64,000 nucleotides of DNA from Gynurincola endophyticus (GTDB taxonomy: Bacteria > Bacteroidota > Bacteroidia > Chitinophagales > Chitinophagaceae). The notes beneath the pieces are model-generated. The model was not told the origin of the DNA and did no database searches. It saw nothing but the letters and a program-made list of their open reading frames with translations. The stretch is taken from positions 197,078 through 261,077 of the forward strand of contig NZ_RCWL01000005.1 of NCBI RefSeq assembly GCF_003991195.1, given 5' to 3'. A program made the position numbers and the translations under genes. Below, one piece after another: positions 9,982-19,201 of the stretch. The first letter of the stretch is position 1. Each line of letters begins with the position of its first letter.

Positions 9982-10927
9982 CATACCGTTCACTTACCAG
10001 TTCGTTTGCGCTCCAGTAGGTGCTCACTCACTGCCGTTCACTTGTTTTGCTTCACACACTCTCTCCTTCCTCACTCGCAGCTATTTCATCCCCCCAAACC
10101 CCTTCTATGGTGTTCGCTAAACTCACAATATTTTTTATTGGGGGTCTGCCGCTGCTTATTGTTTTTGCTCGCCTGCGGGTCGCTGCGGGCTGATCGGGCT
10201 GTCATGTTTTTTGCTTTCCCCTATGTGCTTTCAGTCGCTTCGTTTCAGTCATTCGTTCCTCATTCCTTCAACTCAGCCACTTTCAGCACCGCTCACAAGC
10301 GTAGCTCTTTCACTACACTACACGAGCCAACGTACCGTCATTCCGCAATCTGCCTGCAATCCTTCTCCAATGGGTTTGTACTCCAATCAAAAAATACAAA
10401 CCCAACCAATGCTATTGCAGGCAGTTATTGCTCCATTCCCTTCCAATAATCGTTTCGTTTCGTTCAGTCGCTACCCTTGCCTTTGCCGACCCTGATGCAA
10501 AAAAACACGCCAGCCCTGCCGTAAACGGTAGGCGTCTGCCGCCCTCATTCTTCGGGCTTTTGCAGCCACCACCCTTGCTCCGCTCGCAGGCGGCTCGCAG
10601 AAATGGCTTCGCCTTGGTTTACCTGCGTTTCCCGCTTTTTTCCCACCGCACAATTGAGTACATTCGTTAACAATGAAAGAACTATTTGAAGACTTTTATT
10701 ATTTAATATTCCCCAGGGATGAAGAAGGTGTTTACAAGACAGACACCGACAGTCCTTTATGGGTTAAAATTCTGGTTGTTGCTTTCATCGGGTTTATGTG
10801 TTTCATGCTTGCAATAGCATCTTAATAGAAACAGATTCCAGTTTTCTAATCCTTCAATTCGACCTTAACTCGGGTCAATAAATAACTCAAACATAAAGCA
10901 AAGTTACAGGCGTGCGGATGCGAGAGC

Positions 10928-11003
10928 TGCAAGGGTTCGCTTCGCCTGTTTGGGAAAAAAATCTCCACCCTACGGGTAGTATTTTTTTCCCACAGCCCTT
11001 GCA
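10928..11003. repeat. Composite nested-hairpin element, copy 1 (outer TGCAAGGG/CCCTTGCA stem; inner GGGAAAAAAA...TTTTTTTCCC stem; central CCCTACGGG mini-hairpin)
   Basis: tgcaagggttcgcttcgcctgtttgggaaaaaaatctccaccctacgggtagtatttttttcccacagcccttgca. Confidence 0.6.
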
Positions 11004-11291
11004 TCAATCGCACCGTCCTGTAGTGTGAGGGTATTATGTTTAAGTTATTATTCAGAGTCCGTTTCGGCAGCCGGTGGTTGTTGGCGGGCGTTCGCACCTC
11101 AGGTCGTCCGTTCCATGCAGGCGTTCAGCGTTTCGGTATCACTGATTATACGCTGCGTGTCTTTTGGTTCGAGTTGTGCCTTTCAGAGCTTCCTTTTTAG
11201 GGGGCTCTTTTTTTTACTCGTACAGGGAAAATTTTAAAAAGAGAATAGCAAAGATAGGCGGGTTCGCACATGCCCAACGCACTTTCGGACA

Positions 11292-11364
11292 GTCAAGGTC
11301 AAGCCCTACGGGTTTTGAAAAAAATCTCTACCCGAAGGGTAGTATTTTTTCCAAAAACCTTGAC
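11292..11364. repeat. Composite nested-hairpin element, copy 2 (outer GTCAAGG/CCTTGAC; inner TTTTGAAAAAAA...TTTTTTCCAAAA; central CTACCC-GAA-GGGTAG)
   Basis: gtcaaggtcaagccctacgggttttgaaaaaaatctctacccgaagggtagtattttttccaaaaaccttgac; same orientation as copy 1, ~365 bp downstream. Confidence 0.6.
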
Positions 11365-11430
11365 AGCCGAGCCTCACCCGCCTGAAAGACAGCTTTCTCT
11401 TTTCTTTTTTTCCCTTTTTTCTTTTCTCTT

Positions 11431-11916
11431 TTGAAAAAATATATGCGAAGCGCAGCGAGCAAAACTTTAATGGCTCACTGTATGAAATCGTTTCGTATCA
11501 AAACACACCGACTGGAAAGCAGCTACCAACAGCCGCACTTCTTTATCCTGAATAAAGGATTGAACAGCGGGAAACCGCTCAACCAAGCTTGCCCGAATTG
11601 CTTTGTTTGCCTCACCGACAACCAAGAGGACAGGGAATTTCTCTTTTGGCTATGCTTTGGATTGTGGAGGTCAAAATCATTTCACTATCTCCTGAAAGGC
11701 TCAGTGATTCCATTTGTGACTATTGATGAAATCCGAAAGCTGATTCGGGAAAGCTCCACCAAAGCAAGCTGCAAAGACCAGGCATTTCAGAAGGCAATTC
11801 AAGCCCTTCAACTACTCGATACCAACGAGCAAAAAATCAAGGTCACACTAAAGATGATTGATACTGCCAGACAAGCCATATTTTATGACTTGATGAAAGA
11901 AACAGGAGCAGGATAG
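11431..11916 (+). CDS. Hypothetical protein
   Basis: 161-aa ORF preceded by polypyrimidine tract; no recognisable motifs; true start uncertain. Confidence 0.3.
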   Translation: MKKYMRSAASKTLMAHCMKSFRIKTHRLESSYQQPHFFILNKGLNSGKPLNQACPNCFVCLTDNQEDREFLFWLCFGLWRSKSFHYLLKGSVIPFVTIDEIRKLIRESSTKASCKDQAFQKAIQALQLLDTNEQKIKVTLKMIDTARQAIFYDLMKETGAG

Positions 11917-12094
11917 AATCCTGCACTGCCAAAAAAACAGGGCAACAAAAGCAAAATAAAGCACACTACCGCAACAGCACCCAAGAGAGAACTACCGCTT
12001 AATTCTTGAAGTAATTTAGTTGGCGAAGGGCAAATCCATGGTAAGTCCGTGTCAAGTCCAAGCAAATGTTTAACTCCTTAAAAATCGTAAAGAG

Positions 12095-12736
12095 ATGGGA
12101 AAAATTAATCAAGGTATTCTCGGTGGCGTATCAGGCCAAGTAGGGAATGTAATCGGTGGAACTTGGAAGGGCATCGATTACCTGCGCATCAAACCTTCCA
12201 GTGTAGCGAACCCAAGAACTGAAGGTCAGGTTGACCAGCGTTCTAAATTTTCAACTGTCCTAAGGTTCTTGCAACCAATGACAGACTTCCTGAGAGTCGG
12301 TTTCAAGTTGTATGCAAACCGTATGACCCAATTCAATGCGGCCATGTCTTACAACCTGAATAATGCAGTTACCGGAGCTTATCCAAACTTCATGATTGAC
12401 TATGCAAGTGCATTGGTCACTCGTGGTAACTTGACAGGTGCGGCCAACGGTGCAGCCACTTCTCCAAGTGCTGGAAACGTAGAAGCAACCTGGACAGACA
12501 ACTCAGGAAGCGGAAGTGCTCAAGCAACAGACAAAGCTCTGATTGCTCTTCTGAACACTACCCGAGGGGAAGCAGTGTTCACCACTGCGGGACCAGCAAG
12601 GTCTGCCGGATCAGCGACCATTCCAGTGCCTTCTGAGTACTCAGGAGAAGACGTTGAAGTCTTCTTAGGTTTTGTATCAGAAGACGGAATTAAAGTCGCC
12701 AAAAGCGTTTATTTAGGCTCTGTAACAGTTGCGTAA
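12095..12736 (+). CDS. Hypothetical protein (resembles a Bacteroidota-restricted conserved family with MGKINQGILGG...NPRTEGQ N-terminus; Gly/Ser/Ala-rich C-terminal half)
   Basis: 213-aa ORF with good coding appearance, followed by an intrinsic terminator. Confidence 0.5.
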   Translation: MGKINQGILGGVSGQVGNVIGGTWKGIDYLRIKPSSVANPRTEGQVDQRSKFSTVLRFLQPMTDFLRVGFKLYANRMTQFNAAMSYNLNNAVTGAYPNFMIDYASALVTRGNLTGAANGAATSPSAGNVEATWTDNSGSGSAQATDKALIALLNTTRGEAVFTTAGPARSAGSATIPVPSEYSGEDVEVFLGFVSEDGIKVAKSVYLGSVTVA

Positions 12737-12757
12737 AGCGATTGGTGTTTTCCTTGA

Positions 12758-12788
12758 AAACCGCTTCCTTTGTGAAGCGGTTTTTTTA
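12758..12788 (+). terminator. Rho-independent terminator
   Basis: aaccgcttc-ctttgtg-gaagcggtt followed by TTTTTTT. Confidence 0.7.
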
Positions 12789-13188
12789 TGCCCATACCCC
12801 TCGATTTTTCCTTTATTATCGCTTAGTTTGACATTCCTAAGCGTTTTTTGTTGCTAATGCGTTTCTACACTTTTAGCAATACACTGAATTACAGTAAGTT
12901 AAAAGCAATTAAAATATTTTGTATCGGGAAGTAAAATCAAACTTCTTAGAAAAGTCGAATAATATCACAAAAAGAGCTAAAATAATTTATTAGCTATTAT
13001 ACCACTTTTTCGTTTACATAAATCGTTAGGTTAATAAATTGCCTATAATGATTTTTCTAATGTTTAGTGTTGTTAATGCAATTATGTATATAAAATGTAA
13101 AAAAAAGTACAGAGTTAAAATAGATGTAAGAGATGATAAAATGTACTATTGGCAATAGTAACAATCAAATAAATTATTACCTCAATAA

Positions 13189-13827
13189 TTGAAATATAAT
13201 AAAGTGAGCGCAGTTTTTATTATAGGTAAAAGTATTGAAAATGGACAACCATTGCATGTTCGAGATGCGAGTAATGGTTTGTCTTGTAATTGCATTTGTT
13301 ATGAATGTGAACAAAAGTTAGAAGCAGTACAGGGAAAACGGGATTGGTATTTTCGTCACTATAATAAATCTGCTTGCAAGGGAAATAATGAAACAGCCTT
13401 GCACAACTATGCAAAATTATTACTTTGCCAAAACACATTCATTCAATCAAAAAAAAAGATAATTAATTACACAAATCCATCTTTAGAAACAGTTACTGAT
13501 AAATACCGCTCTGATGTGAGTGTTAAATACAATGATTCAATACTGCATTTTGAAATTGTAGTCAGAAATAAATTAACCTCAGAAAAGATTAATTATTATA
13601 AAAAGAATAAGATAAACTGCATCAAGATTGATTTAAGTAGTCGTATTTTATTGTCTGCTGAACCTAAAGATATTAGAGATGCGGTAATAGAAGATAAAAA
13701 AAATAAAGACTTCATTCAATGGAATGAAGATGAGAATTGTAATTGGCTGATTGCATGTGGATTGTTTATTGCATCATTATTTGTTTTAAATGGATTGTTA
13801 CGTGGCCGACATAAAATTAAAAAATAG
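13189..13827 (+). CDS. Hypothetical protein, possibly CoiA-like nuclease family (Cys cluster CNCICYEC, KRDWYFRHY, ETALHNYAK); very AT-rich
   Basis: ORF with TTG start listed; motif resemblance only; C-terminal hydrophobic segment. Confidence 0.35.
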   Translation: MKYNKVSAVFIIGKSIENGQPLHVRDASNGLSCNCICYECEQKLEAVQGKRDWYFRHYNKSACKGNNETALHNYAKLLLCQNTFIQSKKKIINYTNPSLETVTDKYRSDVSVKYNDSILHFEIVVRNKLTSEKINYYKKNKINCIKIDLSSRILLSAEPKDIRDAVIEDKKNKDFIQWNEDENCNWLIACGLFIASLFVLNGLLRGRHKIKK

Positions 13828-13864
13828 AATATATGTTTGTACTCAAATGATCTAAGCCCATGAC

Positions 13865-14497
13865 TTACATCAACCTGTTCTCCGTCGCTATTCTCACCAG
13901 CTCTATCATGTTTCTGGCCTTAAATTTTTGTAGCAGGTTGCGGCGATGAGTTTCTACCGTAATCAGACTGATAAATAGTTTTTCAGCAATTTGGGCAGAC
14001 GTATTTCCTTCGGCAATAGATTGCAATATTTGTTTTTCACGCTTGGTGATTTTGGGTAGTTCATATGAATAAACCGGTTGTGTCAACATGATTTCCTGAA
14101 CTTCTTTGCTTAAAACTACTTTCCCATTTAAAGCTTCTTTAATACAGCTGATAATTTCCTGCGAATCCGCATTTTTTAGAATATAGCCACTCGCTCCATT
14201 TTGTAATAACTGAAAAATGATGCTTCTTTCAGCCTGGTTACTAACACCGATCACTATCGTTTTGGGAGATAGCTTTTTAATAGATTTACAGAAATCTAAC
14301 CCACTGCCATCACTTAAAACGATATCCAGCAGTACAAGGTCTACTTCATTGCCTGTAATGAAATCTAAAAATGCAGTGCCCTTAGTAAAAGAATAAATCT
14401 GATAATTTTCCTGCGATTGGATTAAAGATTTTAACCCTTCCAGTACCATAGGATGGTCGTCAACGATCGCTAAGGTTATTTTACTTTCTTTAGACAT
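13865..14497 (-). CDS. Response regulator, NarL/FixJ (LuxR-type HTH) family
   Basis: REC domain (IVDDHPMV...LVLLDIVLSDGSG) plus LuxR HTH (LTKREKQILQSIAEGNTSAQIAEKLFISLITVETHRRNL). Confidence 0.9.
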   Translation of the reverse strand: MSKESKITLAIVDDHPMVLEGLKSLIQSQENYQIYSFTKGTAFLDFITGNEVDLVLLDIVLSDGSGLDFCKSIKKLSPKTIVIGVSNQAERSIIFQLLQNGASGYILKNADSQEIISCIKEALNGKVVLSKEVQEIMLTQPVYSYELPKITKREKQILQSIAEGNTSAQIAEKLFISLITVETHRRNLLQKFKARNMIELVRIATENRLM

Positions 14498-16469
14498 AAC
14501 ATTCTACATTTATAGTGGTTCCTTCGCCTTTGGAGGAGTTTATTTCTAGTAATCCATTAATGAGCTGAACACGGTTTTCTATATTTTTTATACCTGATCC
14601 GTAAACGATGCTGTCCTGGTCATAACCGATTCCATCGTCTTCTATGGTTAGTTGTAAACTGTTCTCATTTTGACTGATTTGAACAATTACAGTGCTGGCT
14701 TGTGCATGTTTCAAAACATTACTGATACATTCCTGCACAATTCTATATAATGCCAATTCTGTTTTAAAAGGTACGTGACGACATAAGTTATACGCTTCAA
14801 ATTGTATGGCAAGATGATTATGATTCATAGAGTCGCACAATTCTTTTAAAGCAGTTTCTAAACCGAGATTTTTGAGTGTTTCGGGCATGAGGTTTCTTGA
14901 GATTCTTCTCATTTCGAGTATGGCCTGATCCAACTTTTTGAGAATTTCTTTATCGCTGTTACTATCGGTTGACAGGTTCATTCTAATGCTGGCTAACATG
15001 CCTCCCATACTGTCGTGAAGATCTTGCGCCACCCGTTGACGTTCCTGTTCTTCACCCTGCAGGATAGCCTGTGCTGCTTCGAATTTTCTGTCGTTCGATA
15101 TCTGATTTAACTTCTGTTGATGGTTGATATGTATTTGTTCGTTCAGTTGCCGTTGATTACGGTAGTTGAAATAAATCAGAATACTGATGGAAATCACCAG
15201 ACCAAGCGCAACAATCAAAATCAGAATCCTAAGATTTTTATTTTGATCCATTAGTTCTGCCTGCATTTTTTCCTGCTCCAGTTTATTGATTGTTTTTTGC
15301 TTTTCTGCCGTTTCATGAACAATTTCCAGTTCGTTCATTTTTTCTAATAACCTGGCCGCCTGAATACTATCACTCAATGCAAACGACTTTTTTAACCAAT
15401 AATATGCTTCTTTAAAATTGCCCATTGCTTCATCCACAATAGATAATTGGGTCAGTACTATTTTCCTGTTATTCACCTCCGCTGTTAAAATTCCTTCTCT
15501 TAATATATTCTCCAGTACAGCTTTAGCCTCAGAATATTTTTTTTGTACCAGGTAGTTATTGTAAATGCGAAACTCAATTAATTGAAGCGATTGAATCTGC
15601 TGATATTCTTTTGCCAGTTCTACCCCTTTTTGTAAGCTTTCAAGGGCCTTGGTGCTATTGCTGGTGGTTGTATAATACATGCCCTCCTGATAGTAATAGT
15701 TTACATAATGAAAAGAAGATGGATACTTTTTTAGGATGTCAGCAGCTTTGTCGAGGTATATTTTTGCCGTTTTGCTGTCAGGCATATAACAATAGTTACT
15801 CACCATATTCAGATAAGTAATCAGGTGAACATTTTCTTCTTCCGGGATGCCTTGCAGAATGCTCAAAGATTTCTGATGTTGTTCATCAGCTTTGCTCAAT
15901 TGCCCGACCGACATAAAGATCAGTCCTAATTGTGTATAGTAATATGCCTGTAGTGGAAGGTCATTTATTTCACTTGCTAACGGGATACATTTGTTGGTTA
16001 ACAGATCTACCATGTAATCATAACCTTTACTCTGAAATCTTAGATACGCCAGATTGTACAAGGTTTGTGCTAATGTTCTTTTAGTAATACTGTCTGAGGC
16101 TTTTTCAAGTAAAAAAACAGCCCGCTCAAAAAGTTTTTCTGCTTTGCTTTTTTCGAGTAATTTATTCCAGTACAATGCTTCGTAATATAATATGGTTCCG
16201 CTGGTTGCCGGACTGTTACCGCCAATTGATCTGGCAGCTGTTAACGCGTTTTTACTTTTCAGTGTATCTTTTTGCAGCCAGTATTCAGAGAGCAACAGAT
16301 AGGTCTGAAGGCGTTTACTGTTTTCCTTCTCTTGCTGTAAGTTTTCGTTTAATTGCTGGTAATATTGCTGTTCGTTAAGTGGTAAAAGCTGTTGAGCCTG
16401 AACAGGTGAATAAAGCTGCAATAACAGCGTAAAAAGAACTATAATCGGAACTCTGAACATAGGGTGCAA
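14490..16469 (-). CDS. Sensor histidine kinase with extracytoplasmic TPR repeats, one TM helix, HisKA_3 and HATPase_c
   Basis: Signal peptide; TPR-like repeats; TM LRILILIVALGLVISISILIYF; H-box QERQRVAQDLHDSMGG; EDDGIGYD; 8-bp overlap with the regulator gene. Confidence 0.85.
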   Translation of the reverse strand: MHPMFRVPIIVLFTLLLQLYSPVQAQQLLPLNEQQYYQQLNENLQQEKENSKRLQTYLLLSEYWLQKDTLKSKNALTAARSIGGNSPATSGTILYYEALYWNKLLEKSKAEKLFERAVFLLEKASDSITKRTLAQTLYNLAYLRFQSKGYDYMVDLLTNKCIPLASEINDLPLQAYYYTQLGLIFMSVGQLSKADEQHQKSLSILQGIPEEENVHLITYLNMVSNYCYMPDSKTAKIYLDKAADILKKYPSSFHYVNYYYQEGMYYTTTSNSTKALESLQKGVELAKEYQQIQSLQLIEFRIYNNYLVQKKYSEAKAVLENILREGILTAEVNNRKIVLTQLSIVDEAMGNFKEAYYWLKKSFALSDSIQAARLLEKMNELEIVHETAEKQKTINKLEQEKMQAELMDQNKNLRILILIVALGLVISISILIYFNYRNQRQLNEQIHINHQQKLNQISNDRKFEAAQAILQGEEQERQRVAQDLHDSMGGMLASIRMNLSTDSNSDKEILKKLDQAILEMRRISRNLMPETLKNLGLETALKELCDSMNHNHLAIQFEAYNLCRHVPFKTELALYRIVQECISNVLKHAQASTVIVQISQNENSLQLTIEDDGIGYDQDSIVYGSGIKNIENRVQLINGLLEINSSKGEGTTINVECYV

Positions 16470-16623
16470 ATGAATTAATCGTACAAATATCCTAATAAAA
16501 ACGGTAAATATTTTTACTTAGAAAGATATCACTGTATACCATGAGAAAAAAATCATGGTATATCGGGATTGTTCGTGATGGACGGCTTCAGGAACTTTGC
16601 TCTAACAATTTAAATAATTCGTA

Positions 16624-17088
16624 ATGAGAAAACTGAATCTGAAAATCACAATGTTATGCGTAACAGCATTATTTGCTGTAAGCTCTATGGTAACCGGTTG
16701 CAGCAAGAAAAAAGATGATGAACCTACAGGACAGGGAGCGATTGAAGCCGCGGTGGGTACTTACAAAGGAAAAATCAGTGTGTATGAACAAATTCCCGGT
16801 GATAACAGATGGGAATTCTTTGATGCTATTATTGTGGTGAGCAAAGAAGGAAATGACAAACTTAAAATCGCAGCCAAATCAGGCGAAGCTTATTCAGGTA
16901 TTACCTCTAAAACCTTTACCGTAGAAGCCGGCGCATTTTTCGGACAAGCTCCGGTAGATGTTATTTCTAAAATTGGTTCAGTTGAAGGAATGTTTGCTTA
17001 TTACGGTTCTAATAAAACGATTACTGTGGTTACCCAGAAACAGGGTGCGAATGAAATTCATTATTCATTTGACGGAACCAAACAATAG
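16624..17088 (+). CDS. Lipoprotein, hypothetical
   Basis: Lipobox MVTGCSKKKDD. Confidence 0.6.
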   Translation: MRKLNLKITMLCVTALFAVSSMVTGCSKKKDDEPTGQGAIEAAVGTYKGKISVYEQIPGDNRWEFFDAIIVVSKEGNDKLKIAAKSGEAYSGITSKTFTVEAGAFFGQAPVDVISKIGSVEGMFAYYGSNKTITVVTQKQGANEIHYSFDGTKQ

Positions 17089-17127
17089 GTGCCGGTAATT
17101 TATCCGTTTATCATGTAAATATCATGA

Positions 17128-17168
17128 AGCCCTTTTCAACATTTTAATGCTGAAAAGGGCTTTTCTTT
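17128..17168 (+). terminator. Rho-independent terminator
   Basis: agcccttttc-N14-gaaaagggct + T-run. Confidence 0.7.
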
Positions 17169-17182
17169 AATATATTTGACAT

Positions 17183-18118
17183 ATGAAAAGTATTAAAAAT
17201 ATCTTGTTCTTACTAGCGATACTGGTGGTGGGATGTAGTAAATCCGGAAGTAATGATTCTCCTGATGATCAGAATGTAATTAAAGATACTTTTAAGGAAG
17301 GAGTGATTGAAATGGGAATCTATAGCGGAGGTGCAGATTTGGGAGTGGTCATTGATCAGGTGAACTGGTCTGCAGATAATGTGCGTGAACAGGTTGAAAA
17401 TGTTTTGAACAATTTATCTGATGAAGAAAATCCGATGAAAATTATTCAAAAGGTCAGTGAGAATAATCCATGGCTGGCTTTTTCTTTAATTCTAAATATG
17501 ACTAATTGTGATTATTACATTAAAGACCAGACTGTGTTGGGTAAAGCGAGAGGAATGGGGTGGGTAATGGATAATTATCATAACCGATCTGCTGATAAAG
17601 GAAGTGTATATATTGAAACACTGGTTCAGACAGATGAGATCAGTGATGCCGATAAAAGAATTTTTGCAACCTACACACCTTCTGAAGATTTAGGAAGTCA
17701 ATTGAATGCCATTGACTTTAGTAATTTTAAAAGAGAGCAGCAGCCAAAGAAAGAAAATGTTTTGAATTATTTATGTGATGTAACTACCTATACTGCTGTT
17801 AATAATGTTCCGGGAAGTCAGTTGAACCTTTATAAAATTGTTGTATATACATCATCTTTGTTTGATAAAACGATCAATTTTACACATCCGTATTATCTTC
17901 CTGAAGACGGAGGTATCTTACGGTTAGATATTTATTTTGAAAATATTCCCGAGCCAACTCTGGTAATGGCTCCAAAATCAATCATCCCAAGAGTTGTTAC
18001 TTCTGGTGAGTTAACTACCAGAACAGCCACCCCATCTACTACTATTAATGACCCGGCCTGGGGCTTTAAAGCATTGGGTCTTTTAATGAGTGGATTCTCC
18101 GTGTTAAACGAAGAATAA
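17183..18118 (+). CDS. Lipoprotein, divergent fifth member of the paralog family arrayed at 20.7-24.5 kb
   Basis: Lipobox LVVGCSKSG; shared motif HPYYLPEDGGILRLDIYFE vs HPFYFEENGGILKIEV in the tandem paralogs. Confidence 0.6.
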   Translation: MKSIKNILFLLAILVVGCSKSGSNDSPDDQNVIKDTFKEGVIEMGIYSGGADLGVVIDQVNWSADNVREQVENVLNNLSDEENPMKIIQKVSENNPWLAFSLILNMTNCDYYIKDQTVLGKARGMGWVMDNYHNRSADKGSVYIETLVQTDEISDADKRIFATYTPSEDLGSQLNAIDFSNFKREQQPKKENVLNYLCDVTTYTAVNNVPGSQLNLYKIVVYTSSLFDKTINFTHPYYLPEDGGILRLDIYFENIPEPTLVMAPKSIIPRVVTSGELTTRTATPSTTINDPAWGFKALGLLMSGFSVLNEE

Positions 18119-18157
18119 ACTGTCAAAACAAATAATCGTTGTAAATTATACAGAATA

Positions 18158-18188
18158 GAGTCTGGCTATTTTAGTCAGACTTTTTTAT
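18158..18188 (+). terminator. Rho-independent terminator
   Basis: agtctgg-ctattttag-tcagact + TTTTTT. Confidence 0.6.
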
Positions 18189-18280
18189 TCCTAAGTAATT
18201 GATAAATAGATGTTTATTGATTAGGTTGGAATATTGCCGGGCAAGTATTATATTGTATATTCACCATAGGTAGAAAGTTC

Positions 18281-18523
18281 ATGTTTAAGTATTGGCTTAT
18301 TTCTCTGATGCTGTGTTGTTCATTGGTATCTTTGTATGCTGAGAAACCTGAGGCTAGCCTATTGGTTATTCATGATCAGAAAGAATCTGTTGTTTATATC
18401 ACAAAAACCGGAGAGAAGTATCATAAAGAAAGTTGCCGGCATCTCTCTAAGAGTTCCATTAAAATATCACGTAAGGAGGCTATCAAAAACGGATATGCCG
18501 CTTGCAAGATCTGTAAACCCTAG
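18281..18523 (+). CDS. Small secreted protein with C-terminal YH-x3-C...C-x2-C metal-binding-like motif
   Basis: Signal peptide MFKYWLISLMLCCSLVSLYA; KYHKESCRHL...YAACKICKP. Confidence 0.4.
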   Translation: MFKYWLISLMLCCSLVSLYAEKPEASLLVIHDQKESVVYITKTGEKYHKESCRHLSKSSIKISRKEAIKNGYAACKICKP

Positions 18524-18570
18524 TGCCACAAAAAGACTGTAGTCATTTATTCAACTACTTTAAACAAATT

Positions 18571-19122
18571 TGTATGGTACAATTTTCATCGGATAATCCG
18601 CTTTCCACTGAGCTTCAATCAGCTTTTTCCCGTTTACTAAAATACCATAATCATACTGAGTTTGTAACAGGTATCATGACTCAAATTTCCGAAAAAGGAT
18701 ACATTACCCGTCAGGATTTAAATGCAATTCAAAATCATTTTCCGGATGTCACTTTGTTGAAGTACAAGAATGAACTATTAGATCTGGTGATTGATTATAT
18801 CATATTAGCATTAAATGATCACTTGTTAACAGATGAAGAAATCGAAAATGTGTTATACCTAAAACGTCTGTTCGAAATAAGAGAGGGAGATTTTTATAGG
18901 GAAAAGTATATGGCGATCGGTCTGGTTTTAGATAAACAATTTCAATTGATTTATAGAAATGATTATAAAGTAAGTCTGGAAGAAGCTCTACGCAAAGTTC
19001 ATCTACAGGATATATTTGATTTGAGTTATGATCAGTTGTTGGAATTCAAAGAGAAAGAAATCCGCAATGCGCTCAATAACGGTGCAGATTTAAGAGATTT
19101 AGATACAGGCAAAATTCCATAA
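18571..19122 (+). CDS. Hypothetical cytoplasmic protein
   Basis: ORF 18523..19122; likely ATG start at ~18571 (MVQFSSDNP). Confidence 0.4.
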   Translation, partial: CMVQFSSDNPLSTELQSAFSRLLKYHNHTEFVTGIMTQISEKGYITRQDLNAIQNHFPDVTLLKYKNELLDLVIDYIILALNDHLLTDEEIENVLYLKRLFEIREGDFYREKYMAIGLVLDKQFQLIYRNDYKVSLEEALRKVHLQDIFDLSYDQLLEFKEKEIRNALNNGADLRDLDTGKIP

Positions 19123-19123
19123 C

Positions 19124-19150
19124 GAAGCATTAAGGATGCTTCTTTTTTGA
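19124..19150 (+). terminator. Rho-independent terminator
   Basis: gaagcat-taagg-atgcttc + TTTTTT. Confidence 0.7.
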
Positions 19151-19201
19151 TTTATAGTAAGATGGTTTATTATTAAAAATTCATTATAAAACTGTTATCA
19201 G

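Larger units (their letters stand above)
9696..11430. repeat. Non-coding, strand-asymmetric (C about 2x G, T>A on + strand), GC-elevated region with imperfect direct repeats and multiple nested hairpins
   Basis: Only 60-150 aa low-complexity ORFs on both strands; ~60-bp imperfect direct repeats at ~9750-9820 and ~10240-10300 (tcgttcctca...cagcaccgc.cacaagcgtagc); hairpin GGGTTTGTA-N14-TACAAACCC at ~10372-10403. Confidence 0.5.

Noticed and set aside
10006-10653. ORFs of 147, 94, 80 and 60 aa inside the pyrimidine-rich tract
   Set aside because: The translations are low-complexity (Ser/Leu/Phe/Cys- or Arg-rich) and overlap each other in several frames. They arise from the compositional skew and are not protein-like.
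9696-11430. Retron msr/msd or group II intron remnant downstream of the pAgo
   Set aside because: No reverse-transcriptase ORF or fragment. No domain-V-like motif. No a1/a2 inverted repeats in the expected geometry.
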